DNA from: an uncultured Alphaproteobacteria bacterium
GTDB lineage: Bacteria > Pseudomonadota > Alphaproteobacteria > CAAHEQ01 > UBA3637
Assembly (NCBI GenBank): GCA_944392585.1
Contig: CALXXA010000053.1
Coordinates: 1 to 56,595 of the forward strand
Reading direction: 5' to 3'
Length of the DNA: 56,595 nt
The position numbers and the translations under genes were made by a program. Positions 46,821 through 56,595 of the stretch are shown here, one piece after another; positions within the stretch are counted from its first letter, which is position 1, and each line of letters starts with the position of its first letter. Under the pieces are notes generated by a model. The model saw nothing but the letters and a program-made list of their open reading frames with translations. It was not told where the DNA came from and made no database searches.

Positions 46821-48252
46821 AAGGCGCTTGTTCTTGAGGCTTTTGAGAAACGGATCCTCCGATGGCTTTGTAAAAGCCGATAAAGTTGATAAGCAAATTA
46901 CCGTTAGATTGTATCATTTCCGTTTGTGCTTTGAGTCTATTTATTTCAGCTTCTAATAAAGTGCTGTAATCTATCAATCCTTGCTTATATTTGACAATCA
47001 TGAGCTCATAAGCTTCTTGCATTTCCGAAAAAGCCTGATGTGCGCTGATATTGCGGTTATATTCTTGAGCCAATGCCGTCATTGCGTTTTGAATTTCGGA
47101 TGCGGCTTGAAGCATGGTTTGTTCATAAGAAATAAGAAGTTCTTCTTTTTTAGCTTTTTGAAGTTCTATGTTTTGACGGAGTGCTCCAAAATTGAAAAGA
47201 GGCATTTGAACGCCGGGAACGATATTGTAGGTAAAACTGTTGTTTTGAAGAAGATTTGGAAATTGAACGGATTCAAACCCGACAAGAGCAGAAAGTGATA
47301 TTTTAGGAAATAAATGAGCGATGGCGACTCCGACAGAAGCGTTTTGTGCGATTAAATTTTCTTCGGCAATTTGTACATCTGGTCTGTTTTTAATGGTGTC
47401 AGCGGGTAATAAGTAAATATCTTTTACGTTAAAAGAGAAAGTTTTTAAAATTAAATTTTCTTGATTATTTTCCAATTCTTTATTTAACGCTTTGGGCAAC
47501 TGTCCGACAAGTAAAGACAACGCATTTGCGTAAGCTGTTTTTTGCGTCTTTAAAGAAGGAATTTCCATTTGAATTGTTTCTTTTAAGTATTCGGCTTGTT
47601 TTAGATCTATTTGATCGGCTAAGCCGGCGGTGTATTTTTCTAAAACGGTTTGATAAATATCAGATTGCAGCAAAAGGTTTTCTTCGGCATTTTTTAAAAG
47701 TTGTTGTGTCATGCGATAATTTATATAATTTTGAGCTGTTTCTGATTCTAGGGAAACGCTGATATTCTTTAATGAGGCTATAGAAGCTTTAACTTGAGCT
47801 TTTGCCGCTTCTGTTTGTCGGCGTGTGTATCCGAAAATATCAATTTCCCAAGAGGCGTCAAAACCGAGTTGATAATACTCTTCTTTTAAAAAGCTTTGTG
47901 TGTTTTGACTTTCTTTTAGATAATTATAAGAGGCTTGAGCATTTACTTCCGGCAAAGCATCTGTCATTGTCATGCGCAAATAAGCGCGGCTTTGTCGTAA
48001 TTGCGTTAAGGCTATGCGGATATCGGGATTGTTTTCATGGGCTTTTTGAATAAGCTTTTTTAAAATTGGATCGTTGATGTTTTCAAGCGAAATAAAAAAG
48101 GGTTTTGTTTTTGAGGGCTTTAAATCTAAAGCTTTTTTTATTTCCGGATCTGAAAAAATTTCCGTTTGTTTATAATCTGGGCCGACCGTGCAAGATAAAA
48201 TTATTAGGCAAAATGAAATTATGAAGGATGTGAAAAAAATTGTTTTTTTCAT
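46807..48252 (-). CDS. RND efflux outer membrane lipoprotein (NodT/OprM family)
   Basis: [10 protein letters not shown] lipobox, [27 protein letters not shown]. Confidence 0.92.
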   Translation of the reverse strand: MKKTIFFTSFIISFCLIILSCTVGPDYKQTEIFSDPEIKKALDLKPSKTKPFFISLENINDPILKKLIQKAHENNPDIRIALTQLRQSRAYLRMTMTDALPEVNAQASYNYLKESQNTQSFLKEEYYQLGFDASWEIDIFGYTRRQTEAAKAQVKASIASLKNISVSLESETAQNYINYRMTQQLLKNAEENLLLQSDIYQTVLEKYTAGLADQIDLKQAEYLKETIQMEIPSLKTQKTAYANALSLLVGQLPKALNKELENNQENLILKTFSFNVKDIYLLPADTIKNRPDVQIAEENLIAQNASVGVAIAHLFPKISLSALVGFESVQFPNLLQNNSFTYNIVPGVQMPLFNFGALRQNIELQKAKKEELLISYEQTMLQAASEIQNAMTALAQEYNRNISAHQAFSEMQEAYELMIVKYKQGLIDYSTLLEAEINRLKAQTEMIQSNGNLLINFIGFYKAIGGSVSQKPQEQAPFKAV

Positions 48253-51200
48253 AATTTTCTCCGTTTTTTATTCATTTTCAAAGCCGATTTTGTCCAAACC
48301 CGATTTGATATTGTGTCAAATACCGCGAATAAAGAAGGAATGAAAAAAATTCCAATCGTTGTTGCTAAAATCATTCCGAAAAAAACGGATGTTCCCAAAG
48401 ATATTTGACTGGCTGCTCCGGCTCCTTTCGCAACAACCATTGGAGAAACGCCTAATATAAACGTTAATGCAGTCATTAATACGGCTCTGTATCTTTCATC
48501 GGCTCCGGCTGCGGCGGCTTTAACGGTTGACATTCCTTTGCGTCTGTATTCCAATGTGAACTCTACGATTAAAATCGCGTTTTTGGAAGCGAGACCAATC
48601 AGCATGACTAAGCCGAGTTGTGCATATATCGATAAAGGCAATTCCATTAACGTTAATCCTATTAGAGCTCCCAAAATAGCAAAAACCGTTGAAAATATGA
48701 CTGAAAAAGCAATCATCCAACTTTCATATAAAGCAACTAAAAATAAATAGCCGAATAAACAAGCCAACGCAATTAAAATACCTACCAATCCTTCTGTTTC
48801 CACCTCTTGTAAGGACAAACCCGTCCAGGATATGTCATATCCTTCGGATAAATTTTTTGATATTTCTTGAACGTGGTTGATTGCCATTCCTGTGCTGACT
48901 TGTGGAGACGCTTGCGCCGTTACGGCGGCACTGATATATTGATTAAACCGGAAAACGGTTTTAGGAGATAAGACCGTTTTTAAGGTCGCAAAACTCTTTA
49001 ATTGAACCATTTTTCCCGTTCGAGTTTGAATATACATGTTTTCTATATCCGAGAAATCTCGGCGGTAATCAAAATCTGCTTGGATAATGACTTTATTTGT
49101 TTGTCCATCTAATGTAATATTGTTGACGTATCTTGACCCGAGGTTGTTTTGCAACGTTTCAAATAAATCCGAAACAAGAATTTGATATGATTCCAGCTTC
49201 GTGCGGTCTACATCTAGATATATGTGAGGCGTTCCAGGACGAAAGGTACTGAAAGCAATTAAAAAATCTGAGGAATTATTCATTTCTAGAAGTAGTTTTT
49301 CCAGCGTTTTGAATAATTCGTCCGTTGTGTACGAGGTGTTTACGGCGTTGAGTTGGAAAGATAAGCCGCTGCTGTTTCCGACTCCGGGAATTGCCGGTAA
49401 AGCGTAAACATTTATTTGCGCGTCCGGATGATGAGTAAATTCTTTTCTCATTTTATTCATAATACTATTCATGGAAAGATTTTTTGTCGTTCGTTCCGAC
49501 CAATTTTTTAGACCTAAAACGCCCATCCCTATATTTTCTCCGCTCCCGCCCAGAAGACTTTCTCCTGAAATTCCTATGAAAAAATCAACACCTGAAATGT
49601 CTAATGCTTCTTTTCCCATTGTTGATAATATGCTTTGAGTTTGATTAATGCTGGCGGTTTCCGGAAGTTGAATATTCGCAAATAAAACGCCTTGATCCTC
49701 TTGAGGAAGGAAAGAAGTCGGCGTTTTATAAAACATAAAACCAATGACGCCGATCGTCAAAACCGTTAAAAAACTTGTCAACATAAGACGATTGCTTAAA
49801 AAAACAACACCCGCCGTGTATTTTGATCGTGTTTTATCTAAAATATCATTAAACTTTTTGAAAAGAAAAAAAGGTTTTTTTTCTCTTGTCTCTTTCTTTA
49901 AAAAAAGAGCACATAAAGCAGGGCTTAAAGTCAATGCATTTATCGCTGAAAAAATAACGGCCGTGGCTATTGTAACTGCAAACTGTTGGTAAATTTTTCC
50001 AGTTATTCCAGCCATTAAACCGACCGGAATAAATATGGACAATAAAACCATTGTCGTCGCAATAATAGCACTTGCGATTTGTTCCATCGCTTTATCCGCA
50101 GCTCTTGTGGAATCTATTTTTTCTTTTTGCATTAAGTATTGTACACGCTCGACGACGATAATTGCATCGTCTACGACTAAACCTATTGCCAAAATCATCG
50201 CGAATAAAGTCAATATATTAATATCAAAACCCAGTAAGTATATAACAATAAACGTTGCGATTAATGAAACAGGAATTGTGATCATTGGAATAAATGTTGC
50301 TTTAATGTCTTGTAAAAACAAGAAAACAACCCCTATAACCAATAAGAATGTTAATGCGAGAGTTTGAATAATGCTTTGTATGGAAGAGCGGACAAAAAGA
50401 GTTGAATCATAGGCTATTTCAAAACGCATGTCTGGTGGGAAGGAAGCGCTGAGAAGGTCCATTGTTTTTTTGACTTCTGTCATGATGGATAAAGCGTTAG
50501 AGCCGGGTGTTTGGCTGAGACCTAAAATGACGGCGGGATCATCGTTGTAAGAAGCTTTAAGCGTGTAAGTGTCGGCTCCCATTTCTATCCGTGCGACATC
50601 TTTTAAGCGAATGATCCCTCCTGTATCGGAAGTCGTTAGAATAATTTGTTCAAAATCTTCTACGGTTTTCAGAAGTCCTTTAGCCAACAAAGTTAAAACA
50701 AGTTGTGTCTCTTTGGGACTGGGAGCCGATCCGATTTGTCCAATCGCCGCTTGAATGTTTTGTGTTTCAAGAACATGGACTACGTCTGATCCGGTTAATC
50801 CCAAAGAAGCTAATTTTATTGGATTTAGCCAAATGCGGACACTGTTTTGAGGACCATATATTGAAACTGTGCTGATGCCCGAAACGCGTTCCAGTGGATT
50901 TTGTATCATTGTGTACGCATAATTGGATAAGTATAAATCCGAGTATGAGTTATTGGGAGAACGTAAAACAAGCATCGCTAATATATTAGCTGATTGTGTT
51001 TTGACGGATAGGCCTTCTTGAGTGACAATATCAGGTAATTCGCTCATAACTTGCTGTAGTCTGTTTTCGACTTTAACCTGCGCCATATCCGGATCGGTTC
51101 CTATGTCGAAAGTGATGGTCAGTGTATAGTTCCCTTCATCCGTAGAGGTCGATTCCATATAGAGCATTCCTTCTACGCCGTTGAGTTCATTTTCTATCGG

Positions 51201-51395
51201 AATGGCGACTGTCTCACTGAGCACTTCTGCTCCGGCTCCTGGATAAACGGCGGAAACAATAACTTGCGGAGGCGTTATTTGCGGATATTGCGCTATTGGT
51301 AAGACGATAATTGACATGAGCCCTAATAGGACCATAACAATCGAAACAACAACAGCAAAACGAGGACGATGAATAAAAAAACTTGAAAAACTCAT
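48249..51395 (-). CDS. RND efflux permease (AcrB family)
   Basis: [52 protein letters not shown]. Confidence 0.95.
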   Translation of the reverse strand: MSFSSFFIHRPRFAVVVSIVMVLLGLMSIIVLPIAQYPQITPPQVIVSAVYPGAGAEVLSETVAIPIENELNGVEGMLYMESTSTDEGNYTLTITFDIGTDPDMAQVKVENRLQQVMSELPDIVTQEGLSVKTQSANILAMLVLRSPNNSYSDLYLSNYAYTMIQNPLERVSGISTVSIYGPQNSVRIWLNPIKLASLGLTGSDVVHVLETQNIQAAIGQIGSAPSPKETQLVLTLLAKGLLKTVEDFEQIILTTSDTGGIIRLKDVARIEMGADTYTLKASYNDDPAVILGLSQTPGSNALSIMTEVKKTMDLLSASFPPDMRFEIAYDSTLFVRSSIQSIIQTLALTFLLVIGVVFLFLQDIKATFIPMITIPVSLIATFIVIYLLGFDINILTLFAMILAIGLVVDDAIIVVERVQYLMQKEKIDSTRAADKAMEQIASAIIATTMVLLSIFIPVGLMAGITGKIYQQFAVTIATAVIFSAINALTLSPALCALFLKKETREKKPFFLFKKFNDILDKTRSKYTAGVVFLSNRLMLTSFLTVLTIGVIGFMFYKTPTSFLPQEDQGVLFANIQLPETASINQTQSILSTMGKEALDISGVDFFIGISGESLLGGSGENIGMGVLGLKNWSERTTKNLSMNSIMNKMRKEFTHHPDAQINVYALPAIPGVGNSSGLSFQLNAVNTSYTTDELFKTLEKLLLEMNNSSDFLIAFSTFRPGTPHIYLDVDRTKLESYQILVSDLFETLQNNLGSRYVNNITLDGQTNKVIIQADFDYRRDFSDIENMYIQTRTGKMVQLKSFATLKTVLSPKTVFRFNQYISAAVTAQASPQVSTGMAINHVQEISKNLSEGYDISWTGLSLQEVETEGLVGILIALACLFGYLFLVALYESWMIAFSVIFSTVFAILGALIGLTLMELPLSIYAQLGLVMLIGLASKNAILIVEFTLEYRRKGMSTVKAAAAGADERYRAVLMTALTFILGVSPMVVAKGAGAASQISLGTSVFFGMILATTIGIFFIPSLFAVFDTISNRVWTKSALKMNKKRRKL

Positions 51396-52522
51396 AGATC
51401 ATCCTTCTTCTTTAAATCAGAGGAGGGTTGTTTACTTAATTCGATTTTTGTTTGATTTATTACAACGTCTCCCGGTTTTAATCCTTGTTCAATTAAAAAA
51501 TTCGATCCTACGGCCGGACCTATGATCACGGGGGTCTGATGAGGTTGATCTTCTTGAAGCGTGTACACAAAATGACCAGTCGGTTCTAAATGGACTAATC
51601 TTTGAGGAATTAAAATCGCTTTTTCTATCTTTTTTTCCAATAAAACAGTGACATAAGCTCCCGATAATAAAAGCTTTTCAGGATTGTTGAAATCAGCGTA
51701 TACATTTACGGAACTTGTTTGCGGCGTTACTTCGTTATTAAAAAATTGAACACTTCCGAGTTCTTTGAAAATAGAACCGTCTGCTAAACGTAATTTTAGA
51801 ATCCAGTCTTTAAAAGGGTGATGCGGATTCTTTGTCTTTTGTTCTAAATATACCTTGTCGGGAATAGAAAAAACAACGCGTATGGGAGTATATTGAATAA
51901 GTTTAATAAGAGCTTCTCCAGAAGGCGAAACATAATCTCCGGGAGTGACTTGAACATCTCCGACAAGACCGGGTATCGAGGCTGTTATGATTGTATATCC
52001 AAGATTAATAGCAGCCATTTCTTGAGCCGCTTGAGCAGAAGCAACATCGGCTTGCGCAGATAAATACGCCGTCTTCGCATTATCTAAATCCGTTTGTGAA
52101 ATCGCTTTTCCGCCGGCTTTTTGCATCCGTTCATAATAAATTTTCGCGTTTTCATAAGCTGCTTGACTTTGCAGAACTTTCGCTTCGCTCGAGGCTAAAG
52201 ACGCTTTGTATTCGTCTTGACGCAAAATAAACAAAGTTTCTCCAGCTTGAACCGTTTGTCCTCCTTGAACCAAAACTTGTTCTATATAGCCGGATATCAT
52301 CGGAACAACAGAAACAGAATGAAGCGGTATAACATATCCTATGTACGTTTCTTCTAATGTAACTTCTTCTTCGTGAACCGTCAGCGTGCGAAAAGTATCT
52401 TCTCCTTCGGCAGAAACCGGCGGTAAAAAATTTTGCCTCTTCTCATGGTATATGTAAAAACCTGCTCCGCAGATAATTGACAATAATAAAAAAATAATGA
52501 TGTCTTTTATGTTCTTGAGCAT
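51392..52522 (-). CDS. RND efflux periplasmic adaptor (membrane fusion protein)
   Basis: N-terminal anchor, ISGYIEQV...GQ.V..GE.LF, NLGYT.I.A.I.G.VG, GLKPGD. Confidence 0.92.
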   Translation of the reverse strand: MLKNIKDIIIFLLLSIICGAGFYIYHEKRQNFLPPVSAEGEDTFRTLTVHEEEVTLEETYIGYVIPLHSVSVVPMISGYIEQVLVQGGQTVQAGETLFILRQDEYKASLASSEAKVLQSQAAYENAKIYYERMQKAGGKAISQTDLDNAKTAYLSAQADVASAQAAQEMAAINLGYTIITASIPGLVGDVQVTPGDYVSPSGEALIKLIQYTPIRVVFSIPDKVYLEQKTKNPHHPFKDWILKLRLADGSIFKELGSVQFFNNEVTPQTSSVNVYADFNNPEKLLLSGAYVTVLLEKKIEKAILIPQRLVHLEPTGHFVYTLQEDQPHQTPVIIGPAVGSNFLIEQGLKPGDVVINQTKIELSKQPSSDLKKKDDL

Positions 52523-52678
52523 AATTCCCCCTTTGAGGGGGAAATAATAATTAAAAACTTCTTTTTCAAGGCTTTTTTCCTTTTTTTATAAGCAGTTATG
52601 TATAAAGACCTACTTTTATATGAAAAAAATCTTGTCAAACGATTTTTTCCTCTCTATCTTTTAAAAAAGGAGATGTTT

Positions 52679-52918
52679 ATGTTACGAAAAATTGCGTTGT
52701 TTTTACTTCCATTCCTCGTTTTTTTAGGAATGCTCTCTTTGTTAATCATGGTATGGTATGTCGCTTTACCTATTTTAATTGTTTTGTTCATCATTTCATG
52801 GATTCGCTCCAGACAAATTCAGAAAATTTGGATGCGCTTTTATTCCTCTCCGGCCGGGAAACAAAGAAAAAAAGATGAGAATATCATTGATGCTGTTTAT
52901 GAAGAAATAAAAGAATAA
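52679..52918 (+). CDS. Small membrane protein
   Basis: AAGGAG RBS, two hydrophobic helices, C-terminal IIDAVYEEI. Confidence 0.65.
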   Translation: MLRKIALFLLPFLVFLGMLSLLIMVWYVALPILIVLFIISWIRSRQIQKIWMRFYSSPAGKQRKKDENIIDAVYEEIKE

Positions 52919-52935
52919 AAAATTTATTAAAATCC

Positions 52936-53748
52936 ATGCAAAATCAGATTCCTAAAATTGCTTTTTGTTATGACTTCGATGGGACTTTATTTCCCGGAAA
53001 CGTCTTGATTAAAAGCTTAAACGCAGAAATAAACGATATCTGGGAAAAAGGATATCAACATTCTTTAAAAAACGCCAGCGAATCCATGTTGTCTTGTATG
53101 TACGCTTTGTTAAAAGAAGCTGAAAAACATAAAATTTCTTTTACTCGACAGACAATGCGAGAAATAGGCGCGGAAATCAAATTCTACGATGGCGTACCTA
53201 CATGGTTTGACCGAATTAACTCTTATGCCGCCGCTAAAGGACTGTTAGCAGAACATTATATTATTTCCGCAAATTTGGAAGAGATTATTAAAGGAACTTC
53301 CATTTCGGCTTTTTTTAAAAGAATTTACGCCTCTTCTTTCGTCTACAATCTCCGAGGAAGACCGGTCTGGCCCGCAAGAGTGCTTAATTATACGACAAAA
53401 ACACAATATCTCTTTAGAATTAATAAAGGATGTTTAGATATCAATGATTTCAATGTAAATTCTGTTATCTCTCAGAAAGACAGAAGAATTCCTTTTTCTC
53501 AAATGGTTTACATCGGAGACGGACTGACAGATATTCCTTGCATGAAAATAGTCAAAGAAAAAGGAGGTCTTTCTATCGCCGTTTATAACCCTGAAGTAGA
53601 AAAACAAGTAAATATCGCTCATAAGCTGTTGAATGATGAAAGAGTAAATGTTATTTCTCCTTGTGTCTATACACCTCATTCTTTTATAGAAAAACAAGTT
53701 AAAATTTTTATTGATAAAATAAATGCAAAATTTAAAAAACTATCTTGA
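52936..53748 (+). CDS. HAD-superfamily hydrolase
   Basis: YDFDGTL, HYIIS, TTKTQYLFRINKG, YIGDGLTDIPCM. Confidence 0.88.
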   Translation: MQNQIPKIAFCYDFDGTLFPGNVLIKSLNAEINDIWEKGYQHSLKNASESMLSCMYALLKEAEKHKISFTRQTMREIGAEIKFYDGVPTWFDRINSYAAAKGLLAEHYIISANLEEIIKGTSISAFFKRIYASSFVYNLRGRPVWPARVLNYTTKTQYLFRINKGCLDINDFNVNSVISQKDRRIPFSQMVYIGDGLTDIPCMKIVKEKGGLSIAVYNPEVEKQVNIAHKLLNDERVNVISPCVYTPHSFIEKQVKIFIDKINAKFKKLS

Positions 53749-53798
53749 ATAATTCCATAAATATCTCTATTTCTCTTAAAAAAAGAAAGGAAAATAGT

Positions 53799-54821
53799 AT
53801 GATGCTTTGTTTGTTCTTTGATGTGGATGCTCTTTCTAAAGATTTTTTACTCAATCATCCCGTAACAGGATGTCAATCCGTCTTCTTTGAAAAGGAATTT
53901 AATAATCCTGAAACTTTGACGTTGGAGCCGTATAAAAACGCTCAAGTCATTTCTGTTTTTCCTCACTCAGAGGCACTTAAAAACAGTTACTTGGACTTTT
54001 TTCCAAACTTAAAACTTATTGCAACACGATCAACAGGATTTAATCATATTGATTTAGAATATGCTCGGAAAAGAAATATCTCCGTCGTTCACGTCCCTCA
54101 TTACGGCGAGATTACCGTCGCAGAGTTTACAATCGGAACAATGATCGGCTTGTCTCGTAAAATTTACAAAGCGAAATCTCAAATGAAGGCAAATAACGTT
54201 CATATCAACGAATATATCGGGTTTGATTTGTTTAATCGAACTTTGGGCGTTATCGGAACAGGAGCTATCGGACAACATGTCATTAAACTTGCGAAAGCTT
54301 TCGGAATGAAAATTCTCGCCTTTGATCCGTTCCCTCATCAAGCTGTCATGGATTTAGGTGTTGATTATGTGAGTTTGACCGAATTATACAAAAATGCGGA
54401 TATTATTACATTGCATTGTCCTGCGACAAAAGAAAATTATCACTTATTGGATGAAACAGCTTTTTCTCAAATGAAACAAGGCGTCTGTATCGTGAATACG
54501 GCTCGAGGCAGCTTGATTGATACGGAAAGTTTGTATAACGCTTTAAAGTCCGGGAAAGTCGGCGGAGCCGCTTTGGATGTCCTTGAAAATGAAGATATTA
54601 TTACTCAGCGAGAAATTTCAACGGATATGAATACTCAAGAGCATGACTTTTTTATAGATTCTGTCATTAACTTTAAAATGATGCAGCTGGATACGACACT
54701 CATTACGCCGCATATTGCGTTTAATACAACAGATGCCGTTCACAGGATATTACAGACAACCGTGGAAAATATTCAGGCTTTTGAAAAAGGGCAAATTCTT
54801 CATTCTGTTTTTCATAACTGA
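53799..54821 (+). CDS. D-isomer-specific 2-hydroxyacid (D-lactate-like) dehydrogenase
   Basis: TRSTGFNHID, GVIGTGAIG, LHCP, NTARG, LDVLE.E, TPHIAF. Confidence 0.9.
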   Translation: MMLCLFFDVDALSKDFLLNHPVTGCQSVFFEKEFNNPETLTLEPYKNAQVISVFPHSEALKNSYLDFFPNLKLIATRSTGFNHIDLEYARKRNISVVHVPHYGEITVAEFTIGTMIGLSRKIYKAKSQMKANNVHINEYIGFDLFNRTLGVIGTGAIGQHVIKLAKAFGMKILAFDPFPHQAVMDLGVDYVSLTELYKNADIITLHCPATKENYHLLDETAFSQMKQGVCIVNTARGSLIDTESLYNALKSGKVGGAALDVLENEDIITQREISTDMNTQEHDFFIDSVINFKMMQLDTTLITPHIAFNTTDAVHRILQTTVENIQAFEKGQILHSVFHN

Positions 54822-54939
54822 TATCTTTTTACAGATTGATTTGATTCTAAAAAGATGCTGATAACCGCAGTCGCTTCGGATAAAAACAGCTTTTACACGA
54901 CTGTCTGATTTTCTGATGATGCGCTTTATAAAAAGTATT

Positions 54940-56217
54940 TTATCGAGACTTTTTCGTTATAACATGAGCGACTAAAACAGTCGTTGTTGTATGAGGTTCT
55001 GAGAAACGATCAAAATATTTCCAAAAAGAATCACTTTTTTCACGTATATCCGGCGTCATTTGTTGTTGGACGGTTTTTTTGAAAAAAGCCATTTCTTGAG
55101 CGTTCATAGATCTTTTTACATTATTTTGAGTAATGGAAAAACCGGTGATGGTGGTTGCATTAAAATAAGTGTTTCCGACACAAAATGCAAAGCCGACGCA
55201 TTGTTCGGATAGCTTTTTTTGAGGGGAAGTTTCTATAATACAAGGTAAAAAAGAACGCACATTAGTCTGATAAATAGCATCAGATGTGTTAAAGACGGTT
55301 TGATATTCTTCCGAATTAGAAAAGACTCTGTTAATTAACTTGCTTAGTAAAGTATCAAACCGAAGCGCGCTGTTGATCAAAGGAGATCCTTCTATTTTTT
55401 TAGGTAAAAAGCCTAAATCTTGCCCCCCGCGAATAGCTTCGATAATCGGTTTTTTTATGTTTTTTAAATCTTTTTCCGTCATCGGACGTTCAATAAAAGG
55501 ATTTTGAACAGAGGCAACTCGGAAAGATAAAATAGGAATCTCTCCATCAAAAGACTGCTTTCCGTTAATTTTTTCCAACCGAACACGGTATAAAAATTGT
55601 TCATGTTTCAATTCAACGCCCGGAGAAGTTCCTTTTAGTAAAGAGACATTCGCCAATCTGGGATCTTTTTCCTTTGCTTTTTGAAATTCAATAGGATTAA
55701 CAGGTTTTTGTTTTTGCCAAGCGTAAGGAGGTTGCTGTTTGCTTAATTGATTTTCTTGATATTCTTTGAATACAGAGGATATTCCGGAAATCGCTTCTTT
55801 TAAAGAGTCAATGGTTTCTTTTTCGGTTTTTTTAGGGATAATGGAAATACCGGCTTCTTGAGAAGTTTCTTTTTCCGGCAAGACGATTAAAGCTCCTCTG
55901 AAAGAAGCGGTTGTATCATTTCCAGAAGGGTGAATTAACTTTAAGACGATGCGTTGTGCAAAAGGCTTTACTTCGGCAATTTTTTGAGCAGTGACAGGAT
56001 CTTTCAATGCTTGAGAAACAAAGCTTTTTAAGAGTTTTTGATCGGCAGCGCTGGTTTGCTCGGCAAATTGGAATGGAGTAGGTAAAGAAGCTTCTTTTTG
56101 TTCCAATTTTGTTGGCGGCAGAGGCTTTCCCGAAAAAGCAGCTTCCGCCGAGGACGAATGAGCAAATAATAAAGAAGCTGCCGTTGATAGCGAAAGTATT
56201 TTACTTTTTAAACTCAT
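54940..56217 (-). CDS. Secreted hypothetical protein
   Basis: GGAG RBS, signal peptide ending AEA-A; 425 aa; no family recognised. Confidence 0.75.
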   Translation of the reverse strand: MSLKSKILSLSTAASLLFAHSSSAEAAFSGKPLPPTKLEQKEASLPTPFQFAEQTSAADQKLLKSFVSQALKDPVTAQKIAEVKPFAQRIVLKLIHPSGNDTTASFRGALIVLPEKETSQEAGISIIPKKTEKETIDSLKEAISGISSVFKEYQENQLSKQQPPYAWQKQKPVNPIEFQKAKEKDPRLANVSLLKGTSPGVELKHEQFLYRVRLEKINGKQSFDGEIPILSFRVASVQNPFIERPMTEKDLKNIKKPIIEAIRGGQDLGFLPKKIEGSPLINSALRFDTLLSKLINRVFSNSEEYQTVFNTSDAIYQTNVRSFLPCIIETSPQKKLSEQCVGFAFCVGNTYFNATTITGFSITQNNVKRSMNAQEMAFFKKTVQQQMTPDIREKSDSFWKYFDRFSEPHTTTTVLVAHVITKKSR

Positions 56218-56595
56218 AAGAACTCCATTTCAAAAATTGCTTTACGTTTATGTGGTTGCAGTTACGATTATTCTTACAGACCGCTCATTATTTTTACCTC
56301 TTTGCCGGATGTCCGTATCCAAGCCTGTAAAGGATAAAGATATTTCCTTTTTTGCTTCAATATGCATACGGCCAACCGGTGACTTGAATTTTTCTATATT
56401 TTCCTGATCTTAACCTCTCTTTTTTCTCGCAAAACCACAAACATCTCACAAATTATCGAAGTCGTAACGCAAATTATTTCAAACGCTGCTTCAAGCTTTT
56501 GTTACTTTAATTGTTTTGAGCGTTCATTTCGTTTGTTTATCAAACTCCTTCAAAATTTTTCTACGTATGCGGAAAAACAAAGAAAGATTTTAAGG

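Noticed and set aside
54822-54939. Weak inverted repeats (ATCTTTTTA/TAAAAAGAT, CAGTCG/CGACTG) between convergent genes
   Set aside because: Too short and AT-rich to support an ncRNA; likely terminator-related.
56247-56410. ~54-codon open stretch on the minus strand near the window end
   Set aside because: No good start or RBS and no recognisable motif; cannot be distinguished from chance or a remnant.

Overview
AT-rich bacterial chromosomal segment with alphaproteobacterial, Rhodospirillales-like gene content, possibly from a reduced host-associated lineage. It spans the replication origin region: rho-mnmE-mnmG, lnt, dnaQ, two parS sites, rsmG-parA-parB, maf, and an oriC at ~23.3-23.6 kb with DnaA boxes and DnaA-trios. 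Housekeeping genes follow (phoR-like kinase, mutS, hda, ndk, hinT, xerC, priA, znuACB, thrS, phoB, rpe, an RND efflux operon, a HAD hydrolase, a D-2-hydroxyacid dehydrogenase). The main discovery candidate is an intact ~11 kb podovirus (T7-architecture) head, short-tail, packaging and lysis cluster at 6.9-18.0 kb. It has no recognisable integrase, replication, tail-fibre or large ejection genes and sits among core genes. It is apparently controlled by a divergent HTH-S24 repressor, repeated GGAA-N4-TTCC-like operators, and a near-consensus promoter followed immediately by a strong terminator, so it is a candidate podovirus-derived gene transfer agent. Other notable items are an unidentified ~195-nt multi-stem ncRNA candidate, a lipoprotein lysozyme with His at the T4-lysozyme Thr26 position plus a degenerate paralogue, a Cys-rich WYENGQC-repeat secreted mini-protein, and a pilin-like protein with a Sec-type signal. 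No tRNA, rRNA or CRISPR array was seen. All calls come from motif recognition by eye; no database searches were run.
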